Below are positions 1 through 9,286 of a stretch of 64,000 bases of DNA, in pieces. The position numbers and the translations under genes are program-made. How positions within the stretch are numbered: the stretch's first letter is position 1; each line of letters begins with the position of its first letter. The notes under the pieces were generated by a model. The model was not told the DNA's origin. It did not search any database and saw nothing but the letters and a program-made list of their open reading frames with translations. The stretch is from a virus, in the IMG/VR virus record IMGVR_UViG_3300035703_000045, positions 1-64,000 of that record, one strand, 5' to 3'.

Positions 1-1
1 C

Positions 2-706
2 AGTTGCTGTGCCGAGTTCAATGTTCTTGTCGTCAACAGTCAGAGTTGTACTGTTGATTGTTGTAGTTGTGCCATTTACAACTAGGTCACCGTTAATAGT
101 TGTAGTGCTGTTTGAGGCACCGATGTTAACGGCAGTAGCCGCACCAGCGAAGTTAACAGTGGTAGCGGTGGTATTGACTAGATCAAACGAGGTAGAAGCA
201 GTTGTGATGCTAGTACTAATGGCTGGTGAGATGCTAAAGACCGCCTTAGCACCACTTGAATAACCAGTCTCATCAGATAGTACTGTTGCAAGTTCGGCTG
301 AGGTAGTTGATGCAAACTGGCTCAGACCGGTGGCTGTTACAGCAATACCGGTAATGACACCACTGTTTCCGTTTACACTGACAACACCGGTTGACGACGT
401 GAGGTATGTGGTGGTGTCAACAGACCATGTTCCTGATCCGTTGGTCTTGAGGAACCCGGATGTCCCCGTAAGTGCGGCGATGGCGGCTAGGTCAGCGTCG
501 TATGGTTGCCAAGTACCAGAGCCACCTGACGATAGTTCTACCCAAGTAGATCCGTTGTAGTATTTAACTTTGTTAACACCAGAACTGGTGTCAAAGTAGA
601 TACCACCAGCCTTAGCACTTGTGCTTGGAGGAGTGCTTAAGTTTTGAAGAACAACATTACGGAGTTCATTACCGTTAAGGTCAACATTATTTAGAAATTT
701 AGACAT
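2..706 (-). CDS. Tail fibre / virion structural protein (3' end runs off the window)
   Basis: Not in the ORF track. ATG at 706 gives MSKFLNNVDLNGNELRNVVLQNL...GGIYFDTSSGVNKVKYYNGSTWVEL...GDLVVNGTTTTINSTTLTVDDKNIELG, a Ser/Thr/Gly-rich sequence with motifs typical of phage tail fibres. Confidence 0.75.
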   Translation of the reverse strand, partial: MSKFLNNVDLNGNELRNVVLQNLSTPPSTSAKAGGIYFDTSSGVNKVKYYNGSTWVELSSGGSGTWQPYDADLAAIAALTGTSGFLKTNGSGTWSVDTTTYLTSSTGVVSVNGNSGVITGIAVTATGLSQFASTTSAELATVLSDETGYSSGAKAVFSISPAISTSITTASTSFDLVNTTATTVNFAGAATAVNIGASNSTTTINGDLVVNGTTTTINSTTLTVDDKNIELGTAT

Positions 707-713
707 TTAAACC

Positions 714-1169
714 TCACGATAAGTACGCTTTTCCACCAAACGAGGCAGAAAAGGCGATAGAAACGACATTCAACGATACATATGTTACATCACCCAGAAC
801 TGTATTTCCTCCGCTGTCAACAACAGTAACAGATGGGTAGAAGCCTAAGTTGTGGGTAATTGTCCACGTTGCTGACGAAACATTCTGGCTATGGATGTAT
901 GAACCGGCTGATGGTATTACAAAGTTCAATACTTGGTTGGGAGCGGTACCAGTAATAGTTACATCTAACTCACCGGCCTCTACGGTACCAATACTTAGGG
1001 TGTTTGGTGGACCTGCCGGTCCTTGATCAATTTTCTCTACAACTGAGGTGCGGGGAACACCAATAGTTACAGAAGATCTTGGTTTTTGAGAGTTGACCTC
1101 AACAGTATTAGGACCATTTTTAATGATCTCTACAGATGCTTTGTCATCACTAATCTGTACTGTTCCCAT
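714..1169 (-). CDS. Virion structural protein, tail-fibre associated
   Basis: GPAGP linker and C-terminal WTITHNLGFYPSVTVVDS motif common in phage tail-fibre accessory proteins. Confidence 0.6.
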   Translation of the reverse strand: MGTVQISDDKASVEIIKNGPNTVEVNSQKPRSSVTIGVPRTSVVEKIDQGPAGPPNTLSIGTVEAGELDVTITGTAPNQVLNFVIPSAGSYIHSQNVSSATWTITHNLGFYPSVTVVDSGGNTVLGDVTYVSLNVVSIAFSASFGGKAYLS

Positions 1170-1912
1170 TACGGCATCACCGATACAGAAGGTTCAATTA
1201 CCAAAGTACCTTTTGTAAGCCTGCTCCAGTCTCCTGCGCTGTCCTGAACGAAGATGTCAAAACTATAAGAACCTGCTGATATGGTGTTTGTATTAGAGAT
1301 GTGCAGGATAAGACTTGCTCCAGTTGCTGGGGCTAAGTAACCACGGCGGTTTCCGGTCAATCCAGTAATAGTGGCTTCTGATGGAGCGGAAGAGTACCAA
1401 CGAAGATCAATGACGGTGGCCCCAGCAGTATCCTGTGCCTGCATGTAAGCGTTTTGTACCGACACAATATCCCCGTTAGAGTCACGCCATGTGAAGGTAC
1501 GGTAAAAGTCCTCGCCCTTTCCAAGACGCAATTCCATATAATCAATCTCCTCTAGAGGGGTTATATTGCCCAGTTCTGATACTGATATGATACCTTTTGC
1601 AACAGGGCGAGTTACTGTGGTGCTGTCTCCGTCGTACAATGCTCTCTTTGGAAGAGTTGCTACAACGTCAAACTCAAGATCACCGGCTGGTAGATCCTTT
1701 GTTTCTTCTTCTGTTAAAGAAACTAAGATTCCACCTTCTGGAGTTATGGTGGTACCAAACTCCATGCGCCCAATACTGCTTGTTTTTACAACACCCCAAG
1801 AGTCGGTGGGCTTTATGATGCGGTGAGACCACTTGTCTCTAACAATAATCAATCTTTGCCAAGGAAGTCCCTTGGTAGCATTGTAGGTAAGATAAGTAGT
1901 CATACTTCCCAT
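1169..1912 (-). CDS. Putative virion structural protein with two similar beta-rich halves
   Basis: 247-aa ORF coupled to its neighbours; each half ends in an FD[VI]...KG pattern. The true start may be the ATG at 1903. Confidence 0.5.
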   Translation of the reverse strand: MGSMTTYLTYNATKGLPWQRLIIVRDKWSHRIIKPTDSWGVVKTSSIGRMEFGTTITPEGGILVSLTEEETKDLPAGDLEFDVVATLPKRALYDGDSTTVTRPVAKGIISVSELGNITPLEEIDYMELRLGKGEDFYRTFTWRDSNGDIVSVQNAYMQAQDTAGATVIDLRWYSSAPSEATITGLTGNRRGYLAPATGASLILHISNTNTISAGSYSFDIFVQDSAGDWSRLTKGTLVIEPSVSVMP

Positions 1913-1985
1913 TCTAACTTATATGGAAGATAGGGGTGGACCATCCTCGGACAGTCCACCCCATTAAAGAGTACTCGTGTATTTA

Positions 1986-2240
1986 TTATACACTCTTTTT
2001 AACGGGTTTACGGACTACCTTCGGCTGTTCCATGTTGGTTACACGCTCGTCAAGGCGGTCAACCTTTGCGTCTATGCGATCCACTTTGCTGTCTAGCCGA
2101 TCTTGTTTACCTTCAATGCGGCTAAGGGCTTCCATGTTTTTACCGTGTTGCTCGGTGTTCCTTTTATCAAAGCGTGATAGGAACCACATGACTGGACCGC
2201 CGATTAGGGCGACGACGACGGGAATGTATACCGGCTCCAT
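1986..2240 (-). CDS. Small membrane protein with coiled-coil tail (holin-like candidate)
   Basis: N-terminal hydrophobic helix followed by heptad repeats RLDSKVDRIDAKVDRLD. Confidence 0.5.
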   Translation of the reverse strand: MEPVYIPVVVALIGGPVMWFLSRFDKRNTEQHGKNMEALSRIEGKQDRLDSKVDRIDAKVDRLDERVTNMEQPKVVRKPVKKSV

Positions 2241-2551
2241 TACTCAGAGCCATCCTTCTTACCAGACGAGATTGCTCTACCAGCGGCAAGACCAGTGAGA
2301 GCACCACCAATGCTAAACATAAGAGGCTCAAGGATTTTAAGGAATGCCGCATCATTGGGACTTTGCTCCGCAGGTTGGTACACGAAGATAAGTGAATAAA
2401 GTAGAGCACCCACACTTCCTAGTAGGACACTCACTAAGCAGATGATTACAACGGCCCGTGTACGGGCTTCAATCTCTTCTGCTGATAACCGCTTACGATT
2501 ACGGTTGTTGGATGCTGACTGGGTAAGTCGTTGTCTGGTTTCTTGGGTCAT
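2240..2551 (-). CDS. Two-TM membrane protein
   Basis: Two hydrophobic segments (AVVIICLVSVLLGSVGALLYSLIFV; PLMFSIGGALTGLAAG); start uncertain. Confidence 0.6.
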   Translation of the reverse strand: MTQETRQRLTQSASNNRNRKRLSAEEIEARTRAVVIICLVSVLLGSVGALLYSLIFVYQPAEQSPNDAAFLKILEPLMFSIGGALTGLAAGRAISSGKKDGSE

Positions 2552-2642
2552 CTGCTGGATTCCTATACCGGTCTGAACATGCGGATACAAATGTAGCAAA
2601 GGCTGTCAGTGTAAGTATAGACAATAAAATCTTACTAGGCAT
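2499..2642 (-). CDS. Small putative lipoprotein (47 aa)
   Basis: Read manually: MPSKILLSILTLTAFATFVSAC-SDRYRNPADDPRNQ...; lipobox-like VSAC; GGAGAGG upstream. Confidence 0.55.
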   Translation of the reverse strand: MPSKILLSILTLTAFATFVSACSDRYRNPADDPRNQTTTYPVSIQQP

Positions 2643-2656
2643 TGCAACCTCTCCTT

Positions 2657-2827
2657 TCATTCTACTTCATCTTTACGAAGAGCACCGGCAAGGTGGGCAA
2701 CCAAAGAGATACCTGAAATCCATAAACCTATTGTTTGGGTGGTTCCACTAAGTGTAATTAGTACAAGAGCAGTACCTCCTAAGGTCCAAGCAAGGGAGGA
2801 GGTTTCGGATAGGAGTTTTTTAAACAT
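2657..2827 (-). CDS. Small membrane protein (56 aa)
   Basis: Read manually: MFKKLLSETSSLAWTLGGTALVLITLSGTTQTIGLWISGISLVAHLAGALRKDEVE; start overlaps the upstream stop (TGATG). Confidence 0.6.
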   Translation of the reverse strand: MFKKLLSETSSLAWTLGGTALVLITLSGTTQTIGLWISGISLVAHLAGALRKDEVE

Positions 2828-4023
2828 CATCGTTTCCTTGAAGTTACGGGGGCTGGAGTGGCAAATGAAGCGGCGGCGGCGGCAACAACCACACGACGTG
2901 CTCCTACGGATATGTTTGATCCGGTTGGTACATAAGTATCAAATTGTCCACCAAAGACGTTGATCTGGGATTCAAATTCTTGTTTTACGTCATCTGGGGC
3001 GTTGGTTAACGCTTCCGACAATGCCTCTGCTTGTTCACCCGTCAGTTCATCGGGGACAATAGAATCAATAAGTTCTACTACCTGATCATCAGATAGTTCA
3101 TTAAGTACTTCTTCGCTGAAGACAGCGGCAATTGATTCCTCGGTTAGTTCACTTACTTCTATAGATTCTACTAGGTCAGCAAGTTCTTCGCTAGATAGAT
3201 CTAAAATCTCTTCTTCAGAAATCTGTGGGCCATTGTCCACAGGTACAGTCGTCGGTATGGTCGTGCTGGTAGACGAACTGGTTGACTCCGGTATGGAGGT
3301 GCTCGTAGATGTTGAGGCGACCGTTGTTGTAGTAGACGTAGTAGGGGGAAGTGTCGGGGGCGTTGCAGGAGGGGCAATAGGGAGTGGTGCGGTCGTCGTA
3401 GTAGTTTCCACAGGGACAGTAGGTGTTACCGGGATAACAGATGTAACAGTCGGGGCCGCAGTGGTTGTCGTAGTCAACTCCACTGTAGTTGTTGTCTCCA
3501 CCACCGTAGTTGTAGTCGTTGTTGGTTCCGTTACAGGGACAGTCGTTTCGGGGACAGTGGTAGTAGTTGTCGTCGTCGGTTCCGTGGATGTTGTAGTTGA
3601 TACCCATGTAGTCGTAGTCTCCGGTACGGTGGTTGTTGGAGTAAGATCAGTTGTTAAGGTATATGACGAACCATACCATGCGTCAGGGTTTCCACAACAC
3701 ACTCCAGTACGCAGTCTATAGGTACCCGGTTGTACAGAAACCCTAAGATATGAGTCCAACCCAAAGTAATCATCATTTTGGGCTACTAAAGTATCTACAC
3801 CGCTACTTTCGTAACGGTAAAACCATAACATAGAGTCAATACCGTACTGCTGGGCGTACGTTCGCACCTCAAAGGTACTGGGTTCAGTAAACGCAAAGTA
3901 AAAATCCTGAGCACCAGTAACAAGGGTATCTGAAGCCTTGGCTGTACTTACGGGGAAAATTGATAAAACTAATAAAGACCACTTTGATATCTGTATGATA
4001 CTTCTCAGTAGTTTTTTAATCAA
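2827..4023 (-). CDS. Secreted/surface protein: PPC-like beta domain, long Thr/Pro linker, acidic helical domain
   Basis: Signal peptide ending AKA; IDSMLW...AQNDDYFGLDSYL...PGTYRL (PPC-like); mucin-like T/P tract. Confidence 0.65.
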   Translation of the reverse strand: MIKKLLRSIIQISKWSLLVLSIFPVSTAKASDTLVTGAQDFYFAFTEPSTFEVRTYAQQYGIDSMLWFYRYESSGVDTLVAQNDDYFGLDSYLRVSVQPGTYRLRTGVCCGNPDAWYGSSYTLTTDLTPTTTVPETTTTWVSTTTSTEPTTTTTTTVPETTVPVTEPTTTTTTVVETTTTVELTTTTTAAPTVTSVIPVTPTVPVETTTTTAPLPIAPPATPPTLPPTTSTTTTVASTSTSTSIPESTSSSTSTTIPTTVPVDNGPQISEEEILDLSSEELADLVESIEVSELTEESIAAVFSEEVLNELSDDQVVELIDSIVPDELTGEQAEALSEALTNAPDDVKQEFESQINVFGGQFDTYVPTGSNISVGARRVVVAAAAASFATPAPVTSRKR

Positions 4024-4157
4024 TACACTCCCTCACAACATGCATCTCGCCTACCACAATCTTTACACTTGTAGTGTGCATGTTCTGGGACAAGTTCTCC
4101 ACCACAGTAGACACACTGGGTAGATAAATCACACTGTATATCAGTTTCTTTGCTCAC
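4020..4157 (-). CDS. Small zinc-ribbon protein (45 aa), probably leaderless
   Basis: CVYC...HYKCKDC...CC; GTG at 4157 lies 6 nt downstream of a TATACT -10 hexamer. Confidence 0.55.
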   Translation of the reverse strand: MSKETDIQCDLSTQCVYCGGELVPEHAHYKCKDCGRRDACCEGVY

Positions 4158-4173
4158 TAATACAGTATAACAG

Positions 4174-4247
4174 TACCGGGTACGGGAATTGAACCCGTCT
4201 ACGAGTGTATATAAGACACCTTGCGTCAACCAGACGCACCACCCGGT
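4174..4247 (-). tRNA. tRNA-Ile, anticodon UAU (no encoded CCA)
   Basis: Cloverleaf on the minus strand: ACCGGGT acceptor; TGCG/CGCA D-stem; GGTGT-CTTATAT-ACACT anticodon arm; ACGGG-TTCAATT-CCCGT T-arm; ACCCGGT-A. Confidence 0.9.
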
Positions 4248-4254
4248 GAGTTCT

Positions 4255-4830
4255 TTATGCTCGGCAATGTATGGCGAATTGCCAATACCACTTGCCTACA
4301 ACAGGCCAGTTGATATTTGTTGATGGGTCTTCCCACCATTTAGAAGTCGCATTATTTGGAATGCGATCAAAGTAGTCTTCAATCTGTGTAAAGCCAAGTT
4401 TCTTTACTATTTCTTCAACACGTTGGTGATGACAGTTCCAATGGTGTGTTGCGCCATCCCACCATTGGTGCTCTCTGTCGGGTTGATAGTTGTGTTCTTG
4501 ATGCTCCATTGTAGAAAGAACCATTTCCCAAGGCTCTAGGCCGTCTTTCCAACGCTGAATAGTTTTATGCACATCAGGACCAACAATAAGTATGGGAGCA
4601 TTAGGTTTTGCCATTCGCTTCATGTCTTGAAGGAACGGAACAACTTTGTCCCAGTCAATGTGCTCAATCACATGTCCAAGGTAAATGGCATCAAAGTAAG
4701 AGTCTTCAAAAGGATATGGTTCATCAGGGGTTACTTGCACGTCGGGCTTTGTGTGCTCATCTACCCATACATCACAGTTAACCCAACCGTTTGCGTAATG
4801 TGTCCCGCACCCAGCGTTAAGTAGTTTCAT
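4255..4830 (-). CDS. Class I SAM-dependent methyltransferase (type 11-like)
   Basis: LNAGCG motif I, WVNCD, PFEDSYFDAIYLGHVIEH. Confidence 0.85.
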   Translation of the reverse strand: MKLLNAGCGTHYANGWVNCDVWVDEHTKPDVQVTPDEPYPFEDSYFDAIYLGHVIEHIDWDKVVPFLQDMKRMAKPNAPILIVGPDVHKTIQRWKDGLEPWEMVLSTMEHQEHNYQPDREHQWWDGATHHWNCHHQRVEEIVKKLGFTQIEDYFDRIPNNATSKWWEDPSTNINWPVVGKWYWQFAIHCRA

Positions 4831-5612
4831 CAGTCTTTACCGTAATACATTGTAAGATCTGTTTGCAAGGGAAAGTAGTAACCACCATTTGGTGATTTGA
4901 CCGCAGGAGGCATATCAGGGCGATGATTAATCCCAGAGTAGTGAGCGATGAGGGACCGCCGTTCCATCCCCGGTACGGTTGGCGCAGAACCACGGTGCAT
5001 GAGTCGCCCGTGCCAGATCAAGACATCACCACGGTTGGGAAGGTAGGAGACAACATTGTCACCTTCCTTCATGATTTTATCCTCAAAAATGGGAGTCAAG
5101 ATTCGCTCTGAGAACTTGGGCCAGCGATGGTCACGTTCTTCAGGTGACAGAGCCTGAAGAATGCGCTCTCGTGTTACTTGTCGCCATCTATGGGACTTTG
5201 GGACAAACTGAAACGGACCAGAATCTGGGTGAATCTTTCCTAGAGCAATCCATACTGCGGCGTAGTAATCGCCAACATGTGGAGGGTTCAGGTAAGAGTC
5301 TTGGTGCCAATCACGCTGAGTTGACCGCCATCCGGTCAAATTCAAATGAAGACCGGCAGGTTCTCCAATAAGTTTCTCCAACTGGTCTGCTAATGGTTTG
5401 TAAGTAAGAAGATCCAACAACTCTGGATGGCGTGTATAGGGAATAGGGTCAGGCCAACCCATTGGACGTTCTGCGTTTTCCCGTAACCAACATTCCTCAT
5501 ACTTGACCATTAGGTCTTCGGGAAAGAAATTGGAAAGAATAACAACACCGTCACTGTTCCAGTCTGCTGGAGACTTTTCGGGTGCTGGTACTGTTAGTTC
5601 TTCAAATGTCAT
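4830..5612 (-). CDS. Fe(II)/2-oxoglutarate dioxygenase, PhyH family
   Basis: WHQD, AVWIAL, GPFQFVPKSH, GDVLIWHGRLMHRGS...RRS. Confidence 0.88.
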   Translation of the reverse strand: MTFEELTVPAPEKSPADWNSDGVVILSNFFPEDLMVKYEECWLRENAERPMGWPDPIPYTRHPELLDLLTYKPLADQLEKLIGEPAGLHLNLTGWRSTQRDWHQDSYLNPPHVGDYYAAVWIALGKIHPDSGPFQFVPKSHRWRQVTRERILQALSPEERDHRWPKFSERILTPIFEDKIMKEGDNVVSYLPNRGDVLIWHGRLMHRGSAPTVPGMERRSLIAHYSGINHRPDMPPAVKSPNGGYYFPLQTDLTMYYGKD

Positions 5613-5833
5613 TACTTACGCCAAACTGATGGAGAGTGAGCCGCCTCAACGGCATCACGGTGGTCATTGTCTTCATACAACCGAATGACGTGGATACAAG
5701 GATCTCCCTCGTAATACTCATCCAGTTCTGCTTCTGACATGGGCAATCCGTCGTGTGTGTAGCACACAGCAGGACCGCACCAACCGTTGTTCATTCCTGT
5801 TTTTAACCATTCATTAAAGTTCATGAGTGCCAC
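5612..5833 (-). CDS. Hypothetical protein
   Basis: 73-aa ORF coupled to the dioxygenase start; GWCGPAVCYTHDGLP. Confidence 0.6.
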   Translation of the reverse strand: MALMNFNEWLKTGMNNGWCGPAVCYTHDGLPMSEAELDEYYEGDPCIHVIRLYEDNDHRDAVEAAHSPSVWRK

Positions 5834-5855
5834 TGTACCATCATTTAGATGACTG

Positions 5856-6119
5856 TCAAATCAAGTTACGGGCCTTTTGTTCCTCACGAATGTCGTAACG
5901 ACTTACGTTGTAATAAGACGGAGCATTGTCACGGAACAGGTCGTCATCAGGAACGTCTTGCAACGCCTGATTACTAATCTCATAAAGACGTTGGGACACA
6001 ACACTATGTGGGCTGATATCACTTTCAAGGTACAGCCCTCTAGGACCATACTTTTTACGATCATCAGGGTTTCTCCTAGTAGAGTCACCTATAACATATC
6101 CACGATGATTAATTGCCAT
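5856..6119 (-). CDS. Hypothetical protein
   Basis: ORF packed in the minus-strand array. Confidence 0.5.
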   Translation of the reverse strand: MAINHRGYVIGDSTRRNPDDRKKYGPRGLYLESDISPHSVVSQRLYEISNQALQDVPDDDLFRDNAPSYYNVSRYDIREEQKARNLI

Positions 6120-6127
6120 AATTTATC

Positions 6128-6541
6128 CTAACTAAAGCAGTTGCATCCAGCATTAAAATGTAAAGAACGCTTAGGTTCTTCACTTGGAACTATGACGTTT
6201 CCCTCATCATCTGTGCGTGAGTAAATGTTCTCGTACGCAGGATTCAGTGGATTGAAGTTCTTAGCGTTCCGTGCTCTGGATCGTGTCATATCACGAGCAT
6301 GGTTATCTAACGCCAACTCCTCTTTGGTCATCTTAGAACGACGGTCTTGAATACCCTTTTCAATATCTTGAGCAAAATGAAAGTATTGAAGTTTAAAAAG
6401 ACCGCCAACTTCAGGTCGTACATACCTACGGTCTATGTAGTATTTTTGACCATCACTAGCCTCGTAGTGATCGGTCATTTCTACTTCGCTCTCACGACCG
6501 TGTGGGTATGGGTAAGGAAGATCAATAGGTGGTTTAGGCAT
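6128..6541 (-). CDS. Hypothetical protein
   Basis: ORF packed in the minus-strand array. Confidence 0.55.
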   Translation of the reverse strand: MPKPPIDLPYPYPHGRESEVEMTDHYEASDGQKYYIDRRYVRPEVGGLFKLQYFHFAQDIEKGIQDRRSKMTKEELALDNHARDMTRSRARNAKNFNPLNPAYENIYSRTDDEGNVIVPSEEPKRSLHFNAGCNCFS

Positions 6542-6543
6542 AG

Positions 6544-8181
6544 TTATTTTACAATTCCGTGCTTTGCAATTATTTGATCAATTTTAGAACGAGTTGCTTC
6601 TGCATGCTCTTCTTTAAAACCTTTTGGTAATTCTGGAAGTTGAGCACCAGACTGACGAGCAAGACCGTAGGCTTTTGCGTACTCAATCTTTTTATCGTAC
6701 ACTAATTTGTCAATCCATTTAGAAATCTCTGGGTGTAGTTCCCCAGATTGGCTCATTCCTGCTATTTCATCACGTTTTGCTTTTTCAGCAGTATGCGCTT
6801 TCAATCTGTCACGAAGGTCTTCTCCTCGTGTGTCCTCATACTTAAACCTTGTTTTACCACCATGAGGATCTTTTACTACGGACATTCCACGTTTATTGAC
6901 ATACCGTTCTCGGGCAAGCACATGTTGATTTCGTGCTTGGCGTTCAATAGTGTGTTCAAACGGTACTTCTGTCCGTGCTCCAGCCAGTAACGCTTCACCA
7001 CGGGGAGACCTAGCAATAGGTGCTCCCGCTGGATTACCAAAGCGGTCAATATCTGGTGCAATGTCTGGGAATAGGGACTGTTGGATATGGTCCCCTTCAA
7101 CCGCTTTGATACGGTTTTGATATTCCGTTTCATGAGGAAGGTCAGTATGTCCCATTTCTTTTTGCAGTAGGTGGGTTGTCATACGATGTATGGCAGATGT
7201 GTCTCGTCTTGGGTTACGCTTACCCTCTAAATTAAGATCGTCCCTTAAAGTACCTGCTAAACGGGTTGCTTCAAGGATAAGGGAAGCAGGAACAACTTTT
7301 CCTGTTTGGTGTGAATAGTCAAAAGCCGTTTGATATGCCTGTGCCGCATCATCGCCACCAACACTTCTAAAAAAGTCAGGACTGTACATGGTATTAAAAT
7401 TACCTTTGCCCTGATACTTAGTACGATACCCCTCGGCAGATCCCTCGGTAATGGGGGTAGCGTTAAAGTGAATTGAGGGTGCTTCTAACTCACGGTAGCG
7501 ACCAGTATCAAAGTGTGCGTATCGGCTAAGGTTTTTACGACCAGATTTTCTAATGGCACTTCTGTCTGGGTTTGTAAATAAAACACCTATACCGCCGTCC
7601 ATAGATTTTGGTGCCTCTAGGTCTGGGGCATTCGCATCATTTTCCCAGATCCTTCTATGTACTTTATGTAATTCTAATTCTAATTGTGATTGGCTTAAGT
7701 CGTGTTGAAGAACGTGCGCTAATTCGTGAACCATGACGGCACGGCGGCTTTCCATAGGAAGGCTTGATTTGTAGGTGACCTCTCCACTTGTTATGTCGTG
7801 GGTGCCACCTACACCCTTAGTTAACGAACTAAAAAAGCCTTTTCCTGAATCAGATACAACAACTGACCCAGCACGTTGTAAATCAGTAACAGGCATATCT
7901 GACAGCCTTAACATGTTTACAACATCATTAGTTGGTTCTGAAAACGAACTACGTTTTCCACGACTCATATTTAAGTTATCGTGGAATAACTCACGAGACA
8001 TGGCCTTACCTAATTGATTTCTATACAAAGAGTTAAACCTATCTCCATATAGATAGTTTTCTTTGATAGTAGATATGCGGAAGTCTTTTTCTGCTTTATC
8101 TAAGTCAACGCCCGGAAGGGTCAATTGGTCAGGATTGTCACCGGGATTACGAGTAATTGAAAATTGTTTACTTAATTCCAT
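6544..8181 (-). CDS. Protein with zincin-like HExxH metallopeptidase motif
   Basis: AVMVHELAHVLQ with downstream TEGSAEGY; N-terminal LSKQF and NPDQLTL; internal QQSLF. Confidence 0.55.
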   Translation of the reverse strand: MELSKQFSITRNPGDNPDQLTLPGVDLDKAEKDFRISTIKENYLYGDRFNSLYRNQLGKAMSRELFHDNLNMSRGKRSSFSEPTNDVVNMLRLSDMPVTDLQRAGSVVVSDSGKGFFSSLTKGVGGTHDITSGEVTYKSSLPMESRRAVMVHELAHVLQHDLSQSQLELELHKVHRRIWENDANAPDLEAPKSMDGGIGVLFTNPDRSAIRKSGRKNLSRYAHFDTGRYRELEAPSIHFNATPITEGSAEGYRTKYQGKGNFNTMYSPDFFRSVGGDDAAQAYQTAFDYSHQTGKVVPASLILEATRLAGTLRDDLNLEGKRNPRRDTSAIHRMTTHLLQKEMGHTDLPHETEYQNRIKAVEGDHIQQSLFPDIAPDIDRFGNPAGAPIARSPRGEALLAGARTEVPFEHTIERQARNQHVLARERYVNKRGMSVVKDPHGGKTRFKYEDTRGEDLRDRLKAHTAEKAKRDEIAGMSQSGELHPEISKWIDKLVYDKKIEYAKAYGLARQSGAQLPELPKGFKEEHAEATRSKIDQIIAKHGIVK

Positions 8182-8218
8182 TACAATCCCTTACTAACCG
8201 AGGTACCTATAGGATACA

Positions 8219-8743
8219 TCATGAAAATGATGGATTATCCCCTAGACCTTCAAACAACCTTTGGTTCCAACCTTCTGGTCCTCTGAGGTCCATCTTTCCT
8301 TCCCTTGCATACACTAACTGCGCTCGTAAAGGATGGGAGAACCTAAAACTAGGTGCCATGAACTCATCGTCATTCTGAGGCTCATTTTGAAGGTTTAAAA
8401 GATGCTCAGGGGTTGCACGAGGACCATGAATGTTTTTGTCTACCATCCAATGACCCTCAGTCGGGGTAACCCTATAAACATACAAAGACTTTGGTAATCC
8501 ATTGCGACGTGGATAGTTAGCATGAGCCGCCCAAGAAATAGCGGTTCCAAGGTGACTAGTAGCATAGTTGAAGTTCTTACTCATATCCCATATAGGTTTT
8601 GAGGAACTTCTGTAGTCAATGTGTGTCAGATTTGGTTGATCAGTACCATGGTACAAATCACCAAACTGGTCTAGCGACACGGTGGTGTTGTTAGTGAGCC
8701 TTCCTTCTGGGGTAACTCCAAGGTAAAGTAGGGGATTTTTCAT
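8219..8743 (-). CDS. ADP-ribosyltransferase-like protein (Arr-like signature)
   Basis: LYHGT...FNYAT...AISWA...LYVYRVTPT...VDKN resembles the Arr pattern YHGT...YFT...VYxVEPTG...DPN. Confidence 0.55.
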   Translation of the reverse strand: MKNPLLYLGVTPEGRLTNNTTVSLDQFGDLYHGTDQPNLTHIDYRSSSKPIWDMSKNFNYATSHLGTAISWAAHANYPRRNGLPKSLYVYRVTPTEGHWMVDKNIHGPRATPEHLLNLQNEPQNDDEFMAPSFRFSHPLRAQLVYAREGKMDLRGPEGWNQRLFEGLGDNPSFS

Positions 8744-9280
8744 TTAGCGCACGTCCCCTAAGTTTGGAAGGTTATCAAAGGTTGTTGGAATAATTGGTCG
8801 CCTTCCCCGATAGTCGTACTCTCCGATAGTTCTAATGTCGTGTTTTGGATCAAAGCGGTCGTACACCAATGGTAGGTATATATCATGGCCTTGTTGCTCT
8901 AAATCAAAAGCCGCCGCAAAACGATGATGACCATTACCCATTTGGAAGTGACGAATACGGCTCATACTTGTTTGTTCTGGGGTCATATACGCCCGTGCTT
9001 TAGGACCGGGGGGCATAAGAACAATAGGTGTTTTAATTCCTTCTAACCGTACGCTATCAACCAGTCCAGAGCGATGTGCTTCTTCTAGTTTTGTTTTATG
9101 TAGTTTTGACGTAGCGTAGCGTTCAGGGGTAATTTCATCCCACTCAAGTTCATTTGAATCTAGGAAACCCCTAAGACGACCTAGTATTTCTGATGGTCGT
9201 GAAAATAACCTTAATTGGTCTGGGTTAGATCCGGGGTCACTACTTAATAGTTGGGGATTAATATGTTCAAATGCGCTCAT
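8744..9280 (-). CDS. ParB/Srx-like domain protein
   Basis: LVDSVRLEGIKTPIVL...GNGHHRFAAAFDL matches the ParB N-terminal GxxR motif. Confidence 0.7.
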   Translation of the reverse strand: MSAFEHINPQLLSSDPGSNPDQLRLFSRPSEILGRLRGFLDSNELEWDEITPERYATSKLHKTKLEEAHRSGLVDSVRLEGIKTPIVLMPPGPKARAYMTPEQTSMSRIRHFQMGNGHHRFAAAFDLEQQGHDIYLPLVYDRFDPKHDIRTIGEYDYRGRRPIIPTTFDNLPNLGDVR

Positions 9281-9286
9281 ACAGAC

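Noticed and set aside
3230-3660. GTN-rich repetitive DNA as a non-coding repeat
   Set aside because: Explained by Thr codons of the linker in 2827-4023.
4158-4229. N-terminal extension of ORF 4020-4229
   Set aside because: It overlaps the tRNA; the GTG at 4157 behind a -10 hexamer is the better start.
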